Of a stretch of DNA of 64,000 bases, positions 40,358-50,534 are shown piece by piece. Position 1 is the stretch's first letter; every line of letters begins with the position of its first letter. The DNA lies in NCBI GenBank assembly GCA_964291265.2, contig OZ219747.1, positions 1,504,001 through 1,568,000 of the forward strand. The letters run 5' to 3'. The stretch is from Alphaproteobacteria bacterium (GTDB lineage: Bacteria; Pseudomonadota; Alphaproteobacteria; SP197). The translations under genes were made by a program, and so were the position numbers. The notes beneath the pieces were generated by a model. That model worked only from the letters and a program-made list of their open reading frames with translations. It had not been told where the DNA came from and searched no databases.

Positions 40358-42345
40358 CAGTCGGCGAACTGGGTATCGGCGTCAATTTCGTCGGTATCGC
40401 GCTCATCGTGACCTTGGTCGCTCTGCTCGCGGCTGCATTCGTCATCGGGCGACTCGATCGGCAGAAACGCCATGGTGCGGAGGAGCGCTTGACTCAGGCA
40501 CTGCGGCTGGAACGAGCCAGGGAGGAAGTGCAGATTGACAACCTGCGCAAGGAGAAGGAAGGCATCCTGAAGGCGGCCCTTCGGGCGGAGGACGCGCAGG
40601 AGCGTTGGGAGACGGTCAAGCGCGATCACGAGCAGCTCGAGGCAATGCGCCGGGAACTGGACGACTTCGAACGGGAGGAATCGAAACGTATCGACGAACT
40701 CGAACGACACCGGGTCGAAGCCGCACGGCGGCTCGGAGATGTCCAGGCGGCCCTCGATCAGTACCCGCCGGAAATCGTCGGGAACGAGAGCATCTGGGAT
40801 GAGGTGATTGCCAGGCGCAAGGAGGACTTCGATCGGCTGCGAGAGCATATCGATGCCGCCGAGAAGGAGTACGAGGAAGCCGACGCTCGGCGCACGCGGG
40901 CGGCAAGCGAAACGGAATATCTCGAAGGAAAGAAGTCACGCCTCGACGGAGAAATCGAAGAGGCCCGAGGTCTGCTCGACCAGATTACGCAAGGCCAGAT
41001 CGACGGATTGAAGCCGCTCAACGAGCGGCTCGTCGAAGAGGCGAAGCGGCTTCAGAACGAGATCGAGGGCCTGCAAGAGAAGTGGAACACGATGCAGAAA
41101 GATCTCAAGAACGCCACAGGCTCACAGGTCGGGCGTGTCATCGAGAAGCTCGCCGCGTTCCGGAGCACACCGGATTGCCTGCTGGGATTCGAGGAGGCGC
41201 GGCCGGAGACCGAAACCGATGAAGACATGTTGCTGAGCACATTCGAGGATGCCTTGAGGGATCGCGGACTACAATACTCGAAGCGAATCATCCGGGCCTT
41301 TCACACGGCCCTGAAGGTGAACGATCTCTCTCCGCTGACGGTGCTGAGTGGACTGAGCGGAACCGGAAAGAGCCAGCTCCCCAGAGCCTATGCCCGGTTC
41401 TTCGGGATTCATTTCCTGCACGTGCCAGTCGAACCCGGTTGGGACTCGCCGCAGGATCTCCTCGGTTTCTACGATTTCGTGGCGGAACGCTACCGGCCCA
41501 CGGACCGAGCCCGCGCCCTTGGCCATTTCGACAGCCGATTCGCGAAGGAGATCGGGATCGCGGAAGGCCGCAATTGGAACGAAAGGATGCTCATCATCCT
41601 GCTCGACGAGATGAATCTCGCACGCACGGAGTACTACTTCTCCGAGTTTCTCTCGAGGCTCGAGATGCGGGGGCCACGGGGTGGCGAGCAGGCCGAGGGC
41701 AGCCTCGGGGACGCGCAGATCGCCATCGATCTGCCCTACGCCGAAAACGAGCCTCCGAAACACCTTTATGTCCCGCACAACATCCTCTGGGTCGGGACCC
41801 TGAACGAGGATGAGACAACTCAGGCACTCTCGGACAAGGTTCTGGACCGGGCAAACTCCATCCGCTTCGCACCCCCCGAGCCCAACACCCTTCGCTCGCA
41901 CAGCAAGGCACCGGAATCCGGAATCGCGCCAGCTTCCGGCTACCTGCCCTACCAGCGATGGCTCACATGGTCCAACCGCGGTACGACGGTCGAAATGGGA
42001 GCCGGAGAACAGGTCGACAAAACCCTCGAAACCCTCGCGCGCTGTATGCAGGAAGCGAAACGGGGGTTCGGCTACCGAATCGTACAGAGCATCAGGGCCT
42101 ATATCGAGCACTATCCCGGCCAGGATTGGCGTCAGCCCATGGTCGATCAGATCAACATGCGCCTTCTCCCGAAGCTCTCCGGCGCGGAGATGAGCGAATG
42201 CCACGACAGCCTGGAAGAGCTGAAGCGGACTTGCGAGGAAGAGCTTGGCGATGATGACTTCGCGGAAGCGTTGCAGCGTGCCGTGACCGAGTCCCAATTC
42301 TCGCAGATCTTCACGTGGCCCGGTTATTCTTACAAGCAGGAATAG
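40354..42345 (+). CDS. McrB-like AAA+ NTPase with N-terminal TM helix and long coiled coil
   Basis: GLSGTGKS, VEPGWDSPQDLLG, LLDEMNLARTEYYFSEFLSRLE, GTLNEDET (NxD), DKVLDRAN; GTGA overlap. Confidence 0.9.
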   Translation: MTVGELGIGVNFVGIALIVTLVALLAAAFVIGRLDRQKRHGAEERLTQALRLERAREEVQIDNLRKEKEGILKAALRAEDAQERWETVKRDHEQLEAMRRELDDFEREESKRIDELERHRVEAARRLGDVQAALDQYPPEIVGNESIWDEVIARRKEDFDRLREHIDAAEKEYEEADARRTRAASETEYLEGKKSRLDGEIEEARGLLDQITQGQIDGLKPLNERLVEEAKRLQNEIEGLQEKWNTMQKDLKNATGSQVGRVIEKLAAFRSTPDCLLGFEEARPETETDEDMLLSTFEDALRDRGLQYSKRIIRAFHTALKVNDLSPLTVLSGLSGTGKSQLPRAYARFFGIHFLHVPVEPGWDSPQDLLGFYDFVAERYRPTDRARALGHFDSRFAKEIGIAEGRNWNERMLIILLDEMNLARTEYYFSEFLSRLEMRGPRGGEQAEGSLGDAQIAIDLPYAENEPPKHLYVPHNILWVGTLNEDETTQALSDKVLDRANSIRFAPPEPNTLRSHSKAPESGIAPASGYLPYQRWLTWSNRGTTVEMGAGEQVDKTLETLARCMQEAKRGFGYRIVQSIRAYIEHYPGQDWRQPMVDQINMRLLPKLSGAEMSECHDSLEELKRTCEEELGDDDFAEALQRAVTESQFSQIFTWPGYSYKQE

Positions 42346-42371
42346 AGGGCTCGGGCGAGAGACCGACCGCC

Positions 42372-43838
42372 ATGTGGCTGTATGAGTCCTATCGAGAATT
42401 CAGTCGCGAGGCGGCGGGAGTTGCCGTAGCGAAAACCCGGCCCATCGTTGCCGAAAAAACAACACGGCTGTGTCTAGTCGGTACAGACGGGCCGCCCGTC
42501 ATCGTTGCTGCGACCGGGGAGATACCACAAGGCTACCCGATGCTGGAAGGCCCGCACCGCCAGACGCTGCCCCGGGTGCCCGGTCGGTTGCGTGGTCGAA
42601 TCGTTGCGGGCACCTCCGAGGGACAGGAAATCCCCGACCGGCCTCTCGATGCGTGGCTCGTCCCCTGGGGCGTCGGCGAACAACGGACGATGCGCGTCAC
42701 CGTGAAGCCGGGGACCGTGCTCGACATGAATGTCGAGGGGTGGCGCAAGCATGGAGAGGAACGGAAGAGAGACCGAGTTCTGAGAAGGGCGGCCAAGGTT
42801 CTCGATATGACACCCGACGTATTTGCGGCGCAACCGGCGGTCGGGATCGCTTATGAGCAGCTGGAGGACATCTGGAACGATTCGAGCCTGGAGGAAGGGG
42901 ATCCGCAGGGTGAACTGCTCGCGAGGCACGCGAGACACCTGCGGCGCGTGCTTGAAGATCTCGGCGCTCGTCCGCGCGTCGCGCTTCGTACCGAACACCG
43001 ATTGCTCAAGCTTCAAACGGTTCACAGGACCGACGCGAAGACACTCCGGTGGCTCTCCGCTCAGCCCGGGCGAAACACCGCCGAACGGGCCGGCGTCCGA
43101 CAGAGGATGAAGGCTCCGAAACGCTACGAGACGCTCGCGACTCTCGAGAATCGGGTGCTGCGGGCGTTCGCGGCATTGACGGTACGGGAGACGAAGACCT
43201 GGCTCGAGAACACTGGTTCCAACGAGAACAGGGACGCAATCCTGGCCCACCAGCGCCGCACGCGCCGAATCGAGTCCGTTCTAAGAGATCGTCAGGTACC
43301 CGAAGCGAAACCTCCCGTTCGGCCCAACTTCGCCCTTCGCTTCGACCCGCGTTACCGGGAGATCTGGCGCGCCTGGATGGAGCTGCGGGCGCTGAACACC
43401 GCGACCGAACTTCAGTGGATGTGGCAACAGCGGACGTTCATGGAGCTTCTCGAATTCCGTGCGGCGATGAAGCTTCAGCAAGCAGTCCGGGACGGAAGGG
43501 ACGGCGGTACGCTTTCGCATGCTCCCGTGCTGAAGGCAAGGCATCCGCCGAATCAGGGACGCTACCTTCACGATGCCGGCATCCGTGCGACTTTCGGGAT
43601 CGTCGCCGATGGCACTGTCCGCGTCATCGAGTACGGAACGCTCGACGACAACCGGCCGCTCGGTGCTGTGGCACACACCGAGTCGGAGACCGCAGTCTGG
43701 TGGGACGTGGAGGACCTCCAAACAGGGCGGGAAGGTTCGGTCGGCGAGCTCCCCTGGACGGCCGGGCACGCGTGGGACACCGCCTTGCGCAGCTGGGCCG
43801 CAAGAGCCGCCACCCGAGATGAGCCCGGCCCGAGATGA
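42372..43838 (+). CDS. DUF2357-domain McrC-like partner
   Basis: TLENRVLRAF and PNFALRFDPRYREIWRAW follow the McrB-like gene; no clear C-terminal PD-(D/E)xK motif. Confidence 0.75.
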   Translation: MWLYESYREFSREAAGVAVAKTRPIVAEKTTRLCLVGTDGPPVIVAATGEIPQGYPMLEGPHRQTLPRVPGRLRGRIVAGTSEGQEIPDRPLDAWLVPWGVGEQRTMRVTVKPGTVLDMNVEGWRKHGEERKRDRVLRRAAKVLDMTPDVFAAQPAVGIAYEQLEDIWNDSSLEEGDPQGELLARHARHLRRVLEDLGARPRVALRTEHRLLKLQTVHRTDAKTLRWLSAQPGRNTAERAGVRQRMKAPKRYETLATLENRVLRAFAALTVRETKTWLENTGSNENRDAILAHQRRTRRIESVLRDRQVPEAKPPVRPNFALRFDPRYREIWRAWMELRALNTATELQWMWQQRTFMELLEFRAAMKLQQAVRDGRDGGTLSHAPVLKARHPPNQGRYLHDAGIRATFGIVADGTVRVIEYGTLDDNRPLGAVAHTESETAVWWDVEDLQTGREGSVGELPWTAGHAWDTALRSWAARAATRDEPGPR

Positions 43839-44223
43839 GTCGGTTCGTCACGGTCGACCTTAACGGCTGGCTTGATCATCTGGTCGACGAGGACAGGCAG
43901 GTGCGGACACTCGGTTTCCGGTCCTGCCTGTACAAACATGAGGGCACCTGGCTCTGCGGCGCCCAGGCGCTGGCCGCGGCCAGGGATTCCCGGATGGATC
44001 AACCGCTTGTCGTCGGAGCCGAGGCCCTGGACGGGGCGGCCGGACAGGGGATGAACCCGCCGGAGGGGCACGACGCTCTGCCGGCAGCCTTGTGGCAGCT
44101 TGCGGCAGACGCAGCCAGCAGGTCTCCGTCCGGCGGACCGATTCATCTGGCCCTCGTCATTCCGGACGATCAACATCTGGGGAGCGTGGAACCAGGCAAG
44201 ACAGGCAAAACAGCGGTAACTAC

Positions 44224-45702
44224 TCACCCCTTGTTAGGGTCTGGTTGTCCGTAGTGCTGGTTGAGGATGTCTACGGCCTTTCCGTCGAGGGCGATGTGGA
44301 TGGCGACGTGAGGGTTGTAGCCGAGTGCGTCCATGGTGGTGAGGTAGCTTGAGCCGCGGCACCATGCTTTGGCGTGGGGCATGGTACGGAAACATCCGGA
44401 CACCTTGATCTTGACCTTTGTCATCCTGATCTTCTGCTCTCCGGTATTATTTGTGAAACTGACATTGGGGTCCTTCATGAAGCGCAGGACGGACTTCTCG
44501 TGTTTCACGAGACGTTCATGCAGGTTGTGCGCGTCGGACTTTGCGATGCGTCCCCGTTTTCCTTTCGTCCGTGGCGGGATGTCGGGCAGTTCCCTGGCGC
44601 CCTGGGTGAGGATGGTGCGGTAGCGCTTGCGCACGGCCCGGCGGTCGGCCTCGTTCAAGGTCTTGGATGCGCTCTTGTTGACCCTGCGGGAGACCTCGCG
44701 CAGCAGGCTTTTCATCAGTCGCGCCCAGCGGTAGCCGTTGGACTCGACGACGAAGGTCAGTTCGCGCAGGAGATGGCTGCCGCACAGTTGGTGGCGGCAT
44801 TGATCGTAGCCCATGTAGGCAGCCCAGCAGTCGTGGATCAGGACGCCCTTGTAGCGCGGGATGATGCCGATCTCTTCGATCGCCTCCCGGCCGCGCTTGG
44901 GGTGCGGGAACTTGCACGTCAGGGTGCCGTCGGTGACGACATGGAGCCATTGGGTCTTGCCGGCGACCCGGAAGCCGGTCTCGTCGACATGCAGGGCCGG
45001 TTGTTGCAGGAGATGGGCCACGGCGGCCTCCTCCCATGATGCGAGGGCATCGTGAAAGCGCCGGACATAGCCGAGGCAGGTCGCCTCGGAGAGCTTGATG
45101 CCGGAGATCGCGTGCACGAGCGAGACGGCACGACGCAGGGACAGCATCTGGGCGATCAGCAGGTTGATGACGAGGGCCTGGATGCTGACGCCATACTGCA
45201 GGGGGCCCGGCATGTTGTCTGGGAACCGGCCCTTGGTCCGGGTCCGGCACTTCGGGCATTCCTTGATCTCGGCTTCGACGCGGCGCTCGACGACTTCGAA
45301 CACGATGTCGTAGAGGACGCGGCACTCCCGGTCGACGGGGTCGACATCGTGGAGGTCGGCGCCGCAGGCGTCGCAGGCATCGACGACGATCGTCTCCTCG
45401 ACGGTGGTCGTGCGCAGGTTGTCGCCCGTCTGCTGGTTCGGTTTCGGGCCCTTGCCGTGGCTCCCGGTGCGCCTCGCGCTCTCGTCCTTGTCAGTCTGCG
45501 ATGGCGGCAGACCGGAGTTCCGGCTTGTCTTGCGTGTGATCTTCTCCATGAGCACGGTCAGCAACAGCTTTATCAGCATCAGCATGCCGCGGAAGAGCTC
45601 CTCGCACTCCTGGTTGACCTTGCCCTGCTTGCGGAGATCCTGGAACTGCTTCTGGAAGACGTCGGCCTCCTGGCGCACAGACGTGCCGTTCACGCTCGCC
45701 AT
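44224..45702 (-). CDS. IS66-family transposase (single-ORF type)
   Basis: SRNSGLPPSQ, CDAC/CPKC, LHVDETG, LIHDCW, HQLCGSHLLREL, FTNNTGEQKIR. Confidence 0.93.
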   Translation of the reverse strand: MASVNGTSVRQEADVFQKQFQDLRKQGKVNQECEELFRGMLMLIKLLLTVLMEKITRKTSRNSGLPPSQTDKDESARRTGSHGKGPKPNQQTGDNLRTTTVEETIVVDACDACGADLHDVDPVDRECRVLYDIVFEVVERRVEAEIKECPKCRTRTKGRFPDNMPGPLQYGVSIQALVINLLIAQMLSLRRAVSLVHAISGIKLSEATCLGYVRRFHDALASWEEAAVAHLLQQPALHVDETGFRVAGKTQWLHVVTDGTLTCKFPHPKRGREAIEEIGIIPRYKGVLIHDCWAAYMGYDQCRHQLCGSHLLRELTFVVESNGYRWARLMKSLLREVSRRVNKSASKTLNEADRRAVRKRYRTILTQGARELPDIPPRTKGKRGRIAKSDAHNLHERLVKHEKSVLRFMKDPNVSFTNNTGEQKIRMTKVKIKVSGCFRTMPHAKAWCRGSSYLTTMDALGYNPHVAIHIALDGKAVDILNQHYGQPDPNKG

Positions 45703-46364
45703 GACGACGCCTCCACCGCCATGACAGCCGCCAGCACGGCGAGCCGCTCGCCTTCGGGCATCGTCCGGTAGCGCCGCGCCCAGCTCTCTGCGAGGCGCTT
45801 GATGCGCTGGCGGTCGATCGAGTTCCTGCCCGCACACGTATGCCAGTGCGGCCGGCCCGGTGCGAAGTTGAACCACAGCTTCTCGGTGACAACGCAGGCC
45901 TGGTTGTTGACCTGGACCTCGGCCGAGCGCCAGCCGGCGAGGTGCGTGTCGTAGAGCCGCGAGGGATAGCCGGAGATCATCACCTGGCAGGGCAGCGACG
46001 TCAGGATGTCGAGGAGCGCAACATGGTCATCGTCCGTGCAGTCGAAGCGGTAGCGGCGCTGCGACCGGCGCGTCGACTGCACGTAAGGCGGGTCGCAGTA
46101 GACCAGCTCGCGGCCCTGGAAGGCGAAGGTCTCGAGAAAACGCAGGGCGCAGCCTTGGTGAAGCTCCACCGGATAGTCACAGCGGAAGGTGTCGATCGCC
46201 CGTCGGTTGAGGTCGATGCCGATGCTGCGTAGCGCCGGAGGCTTGCGCTTCATGATCGCGCCGCCCCCAAGGAACGCCTCGATGTACACGTCATGCGGCG
46301 GCATGGCCGCGACGATCGCCTGGCTCAGACCCGTCGTCGCCTTCGATCCGTACCATGCCGCCAT
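45690..46364 (-). CDS. DNA adenine methyltransferase (Dam/D12-like, short form)
   Basis: YGSK, YIEAFLGGGA (SAM binding), VYCDPPY (catalytic), MISGY, TEKLWFN. Confidence 0.85.
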   Translation of the reverse strand: MAAWYGSKATTGLSQAIVAAMPPHDVYIEAFLGGGAIMKRKPPALRSIGIDLNRRAIDTFRCDYPVELHQGCALRFLETFAFQGRELVYCDPPYVQSTRRSQRRYRFDCTDDDHVALLDILTSLPCQVMISGYPSRLYDTHLAGWRSAEVQVNNQACVVTEKLWFNFAPGRPHWHTCAGRNSIDRQRIKRLAESWARRYRTMPEGERLAVLAAVMAVEASSWRA

Positions 46365-48904
46365 CAATATCTCCGACGCAAACCGCCCCGATGGCCAGCA
46401 TGTAGAGTGCCCCTCCTACAATGTCAAGCGCATATCTCCAGAGGATTGGAAAGGCAGCCAACCGCTGTGGATGATTGCATCATCACGGGGACAAAACCTG
46501 GTCATACAAGGCCGGAACGTGGAGCTGAAGCCGAAGATCGATCCGCTTCTTGTCAGTCGGAACACGCACATCCGATCATCGGCAGCGAGCAAGTGAAGGC
46601 GGCAAGAGAAAATGCCGGATCCGAACCCGTCAGGAAAAACGATCCGTCATCAGTAGGGGGTGAGTAGTTACAAACAGCGCTCGAAACCCTCCATGAATCC
46701 ATCGAGAGCTCACGCCCCCATGCGCTTGCCGGGAACCGCGTTGAACTCGTGTGGCGCTCCGTGGCGGCGCTCAAGGCGATCATGAATCAGGGGAGGCTCG
46801 GGGGCGCGCCGGGCGCCGTCCTCGTGATCAGCGTCAACCGGAAGACGTACTGGACGGTCCTGGAGTTCCGCCCATGGTCCCGGGACGGTCAAGTCGGCGA
46901 CTCCCTCCATATCGTCCGAAGTCCCGTGATGGAGGATTGCGAGGAGAGCGAGGCGTGGACAGCCAGCAGGGCGCAGGCCATCCAGAACACGATGGACGCC
47001 CGGGGCATCGGCCACCGCGATCAGATTGGCCAATGGACGCGGTGGGTCGAGATCCTGGCGACGGGAATGGAAGCGAAGTCGCTCGCGAAGTTCGGAATCG
47101 ATGCCGACGCTATCGAGCATCGGAGCTGGCCGAAGCCGAACGGCGGATGGGAGATATGGTCCGGTACGCTGCCGATCACGGTGGCCATCCCGGTATCAGA
47201 CTCACTTCCGAGTGCGCTCGCGAAGAGGATCGAGAGCTTCCGAGACGGCTACGAGGGACCTCCCCTCGCGATCGTTGTCGATAGCCCCGCCGGGCCCGAG
47301 ATGATCGCTGCGTTCGAGACACGAGTTCGACAGCTTGCCGAGAGTGTCCCAGTCTATCGCGTGACGGGAGCTGACACAGCCCGGGCAGCAGGATGTCTCG
47401 CCGAGGCCCTGGGGCGGGATCCGGAGGCGCCCGCGTGGCTCGACGCGGTACCCGGCATCGAGATCGAGGTCCGCAAGGCAACGAAGGACGGTTCGACCGA
47501 GTCCAAAACCGAATGGATGACCGTCGTCCCCGGAACGGAGGCGATTCCGGCGGGCGAGGTCTACCGGACCCGCACCGATCCGAACCGGCACGTCACCCTG
47601 GCACCCGGCATCGAGCATGTGCACCTGCACCTTCGCCGAGGCCGGGATCATGAGTGGGACGAGCGGTACAGCGGTAGGGACACGGGACACACGATCCATC
47701 CCAGTGATCATGTCCGCATCGTGGAACCCCTCGCCCGAGTGCGACCGCTGTCGGGTGAAGCCCGGATAGAGATCGTCGAGCATCGTCCGGATGGCGAGGT
47801 GGAAGCGCTGCCTGGGTCGATGGGCATCAAGTGGAGCGACATGAGCAAGAAGCGCCCCGATGCACTCCGAAGCATCCCCGATCTGTACATTTTCCGGTCG
47901 GATGAAGGCGCATGGAATGAGCTGGAGTGTCTGCTCCGTCGAGTCATCGAAGAGAACAGCACTGACAAGGGAATCAGCCTCGATCTGAAGGATCGATTGT
48001 ACGAGTGCACGCAGAAGCAATGGCGAGAGCGGGTGTTTCCGCTGGGCTCGGACGGTGCGCCGCCCCGCGCCGACAATCCGCAACGCTACCGGAATTCGGA
48101 AAGGCTCCTGGTCGAATCGACCAATGCACTGCTCTCCGATCTTGAAAGGAACGTGGCGAGCAGCCGAAAGATCCAGGCAAAGGAGGCAAACCGGTTGCAC
48201 CTGCCGCTTACCTGGCTCTTCACTGGTTGTCCGGAGCGGACGATCGAAATCCTGCTCGACGCGATCGGAGATCCGGAAGGTCCCGCGGGGCGTGTGCTCC
48301 ACATGGAGAACGAGTTCTCCGCCTGGTCGATCTACTCGGGCGTCGGGCGAGCGGCGCGCAGCGAAGAAACATTGCGGGTTATATTCGACACGTTGATAGG
48401 GGCGTGGGAGAACAGGAAGAATCTGCCTCAGGACAGATTCCTGCTCGCTGCGGTGACGCATCCCATGGCGCGAAGAGTCGCGGTACGAAGAGTCCTCGGC
48501 GAGAGCCGGGAACGGTTCGATCGGGCAGGGCGCTTCCTGCGTCGGCATCTCGAGAACCTGCGGGAAGGCAATCACGATCCTCGGCCGCGATCCAGCCGGC
48601 GGAACGGGACGAATCCGAGCCTTGAGCTGCGATACGTGACGATGGGATACCGAGGGCTGTGCCAGATCAGGCATGTCAGACCGGACTGGTTCGATGCCGA
48701 CGGAGAAGACGCGAGGGACCTTTGCACGATGCTTCGTCAAGCCCGAAGAATTGGACGTCTTTTCGAGCAGGAGCTCGTGGACCGGACCGCACCTTATCTG
48801 ATCGGTAAAGGGGAGGATCCTTCGATGCCCGGGGGATTCTGATGAGACCGGTGGTATCCGAGTACGGACGACGTCGATGCAGCCCCCGGACTCATGACCC
48901 ACTT

Positions 48905-48960
48905 CAGACATCCTGACCTCGTCCAACAACAGGTGAGATGATTCCGGAGTGTTGCGCCGT
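48905..48960. mobile_element. Solo IS terminus related to the element at 10324-12770 (a second one at about 9709-9765)
   Basis: CAGACATCCTGACCTCGTCC at 9709 and 48905, one mismatch to the 16-bp IR; the two copies stay similar for about 55 bp. Confidence 0.65.
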
Positions 48961-49311
48961 CGATGTCTTGGGCGATGAGCAGAACCCGGACACGTCTGCA
49001 TGTCGACGCCGGCACGGCGCGGCCTTCGTCCAAACCCGCTTAGTGACGGCGCTCCGGCCGTCACTAACCAGAATCTTGCCGTCCAGCCCCCGAGGTAGGA
49101 GCCGGATGGATGAGCGTCCATGTCCGGATCTGTGCGCAGCAATGCGCATTCCTGCTGCGACCGCGCAGGGGGCACGCAAGATCCCGTCTACCCGGCATAC
49201 GCGCAGCGCGGGGTGCTGGGTAAGCAATGTGTTCACAGTGCTTGCGGAGTCACCGCTCCTGGTGGTGAGGTCTCTCGTGCCCGAGCACGGCGATGGAACC
49301 CCATCGCTTGC

Positions 49312-50202
49312 TCATGGCGCTTGATCTTTGAATACCTCTTTCCGGTGCCATGCGACAAATGCTGGAGCCGGCGTGTCAAGGACAAGCGTGGGCGTGAGCA
49401 GGGGCTTGGTGGCGTATTGCCCGAGTACGTCTTCCATGCCGTGTCCCTCCACCAATCTGGACACCTGGACCGTGCCCTCCTGCGCAGTGAAGGCACCGTC
49501 ATCAAAGAGCCTGTGATGGAGATTGCAAAGTGACAGTCCGTTGCGAACCTCGTCGGGGCCATTGGCCTCATGCCACTTGATGTGGGCTGCTTCGAGGGCT
49601 ATCGGCGAATCAACCATGAAAATCGAAAGTTCGCAGACGGCACATCGATAGCCATAGGCTTCAAGCACTCTGGGACGAAACGACGGATCACGCGCCCTGC
49701 GTCTCGACATCACGTATTCAGCCTCAACTCCGGCCGCTTCGAGGACTTCGTTCTGCAGGGTGTCTGGGAAGTGCTCATCCACCAGCTCAAGGGCAATCCG
49801 GAGAGCGCGTTCCTTGTCCTTTCGCAGTTCATCAAAGATGACTTTCGTAAAACCACCTCTGGCATTGTGTTCTCGGAGAGAGCCTATTTTTGCATCCTTG
49901 CTGGCGGTTTCTTCGATGAGATGCGCTTCCGGCACCTCCCACACGTTGTCATTGCGCAGTCGCCAGAATGGCTGTTCGGTGTGGATCCCGCGAGGTGGTC
50001 CGAATCGAGACCACAGTCTCCGCAACTCACGGTCAGCTTCGCCATACGAAACAAGACGCTCCTTGCCGGCGATGCATCGCCCGATCATCCACACGACAAG
50101 GAGTGGCTTCTGGGGAGCCCGCGTCGGACCCTCCTTCCATTTCCGGAGTGACCGGAACTGCCTCTCAAGATCAGGCTTCGATGTGGTATCGCGGATTGTC
50201 AT
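49312..50202 (-). CDS. SBD-HNH endonuclease, phosphorothioate-dependent restriction enzyme-like
   Basis: RAPQKPLL...EQPFWRLRNDNVWEV N-domain; RARDPSFR, CAVC, LEAAHIKW, NGLSLCNLHHRLFD. Confidence 0.8.
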   Translation of the reverse strand: MTIRDTTSKPDLERQFRSLRKWKEGPTRAPQKPLLVVWMIGRCIAGKERLVSYGEADRELRRLWSRFGPPRGIHTEQPFWRLRNDNVWEVPEAHLIEETASKDAKIGSLREHNARGGFTKVIFDELRKDKERALRIALELVDEHFPDTLQNEVLEAAGVEAEYVMSRRRARDPSFRPRVLEAYGYRCAVCELSIFMVDSPIALEAAHIKWHEANGPDEVRNGLSLCNLHHRLFDDGAFTAQEGTVQVSRLVEGHGMEDVLGQYATKPLLTPTLVLDTPAPAFVAWHRKEVFKDQAP

Positions 50203-50534
50203 CCTGATCGGCCATGACGCACCAGTTGTTGGCGGCAATCCTAACTGTCTGGCGGTCGGTACGCGACTGCCTGTGGTCGTATCAGGACCGGTCAATGCAG
50301 AACACACTGCCTTGCAACGCGCCAGAAGGGTCCTTGTGCCTGAGACAGTCGTCATCCCTTTCCGGACGGTGATCATGATCCGTGTGGTCCGTCGAAACGC
50401 AAGGGGGCAAGCAAGAGGGGGGCGAGCGGTGTTCAGATGCCAGCGTGCGGTGTCGGGCAACGCCGGGATCCACCCGGCTCCGTGCCTGGTGGCCGCCGCG
50501 CACGATGCTCGTGCCGTACCTGGTTTGCCTCCCG

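Larger units (their letters stand above)
44216..46671 (-). mobile_element. 2456-bp IS66-family element with a passenger methyltransferase
   Basis: Perfect 15-bp IR GTAACTACTCACCCC (44216-44230 / 46657-46671); 8-bp TSD AAACAGCG (44208-44215 / 46672-46679). Confidence 0.95.
43835..48842 (+). pseudogene. About 847-aa divergent Hsp70/actin-fold-like protein, split by an IS66 insertion (43835-44215 plus 46680-48842)
   Basis: Removing the IS and one TSD gives a continuous frame (GKTA-LETLHES...VELVWRSVAAL); VTVDLNG, LALVIPD and LVWRSVAAL recall the Hsp70 motifs GIDLG, AVITVPA and IINEPTAAA. Confidence 0.7.
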
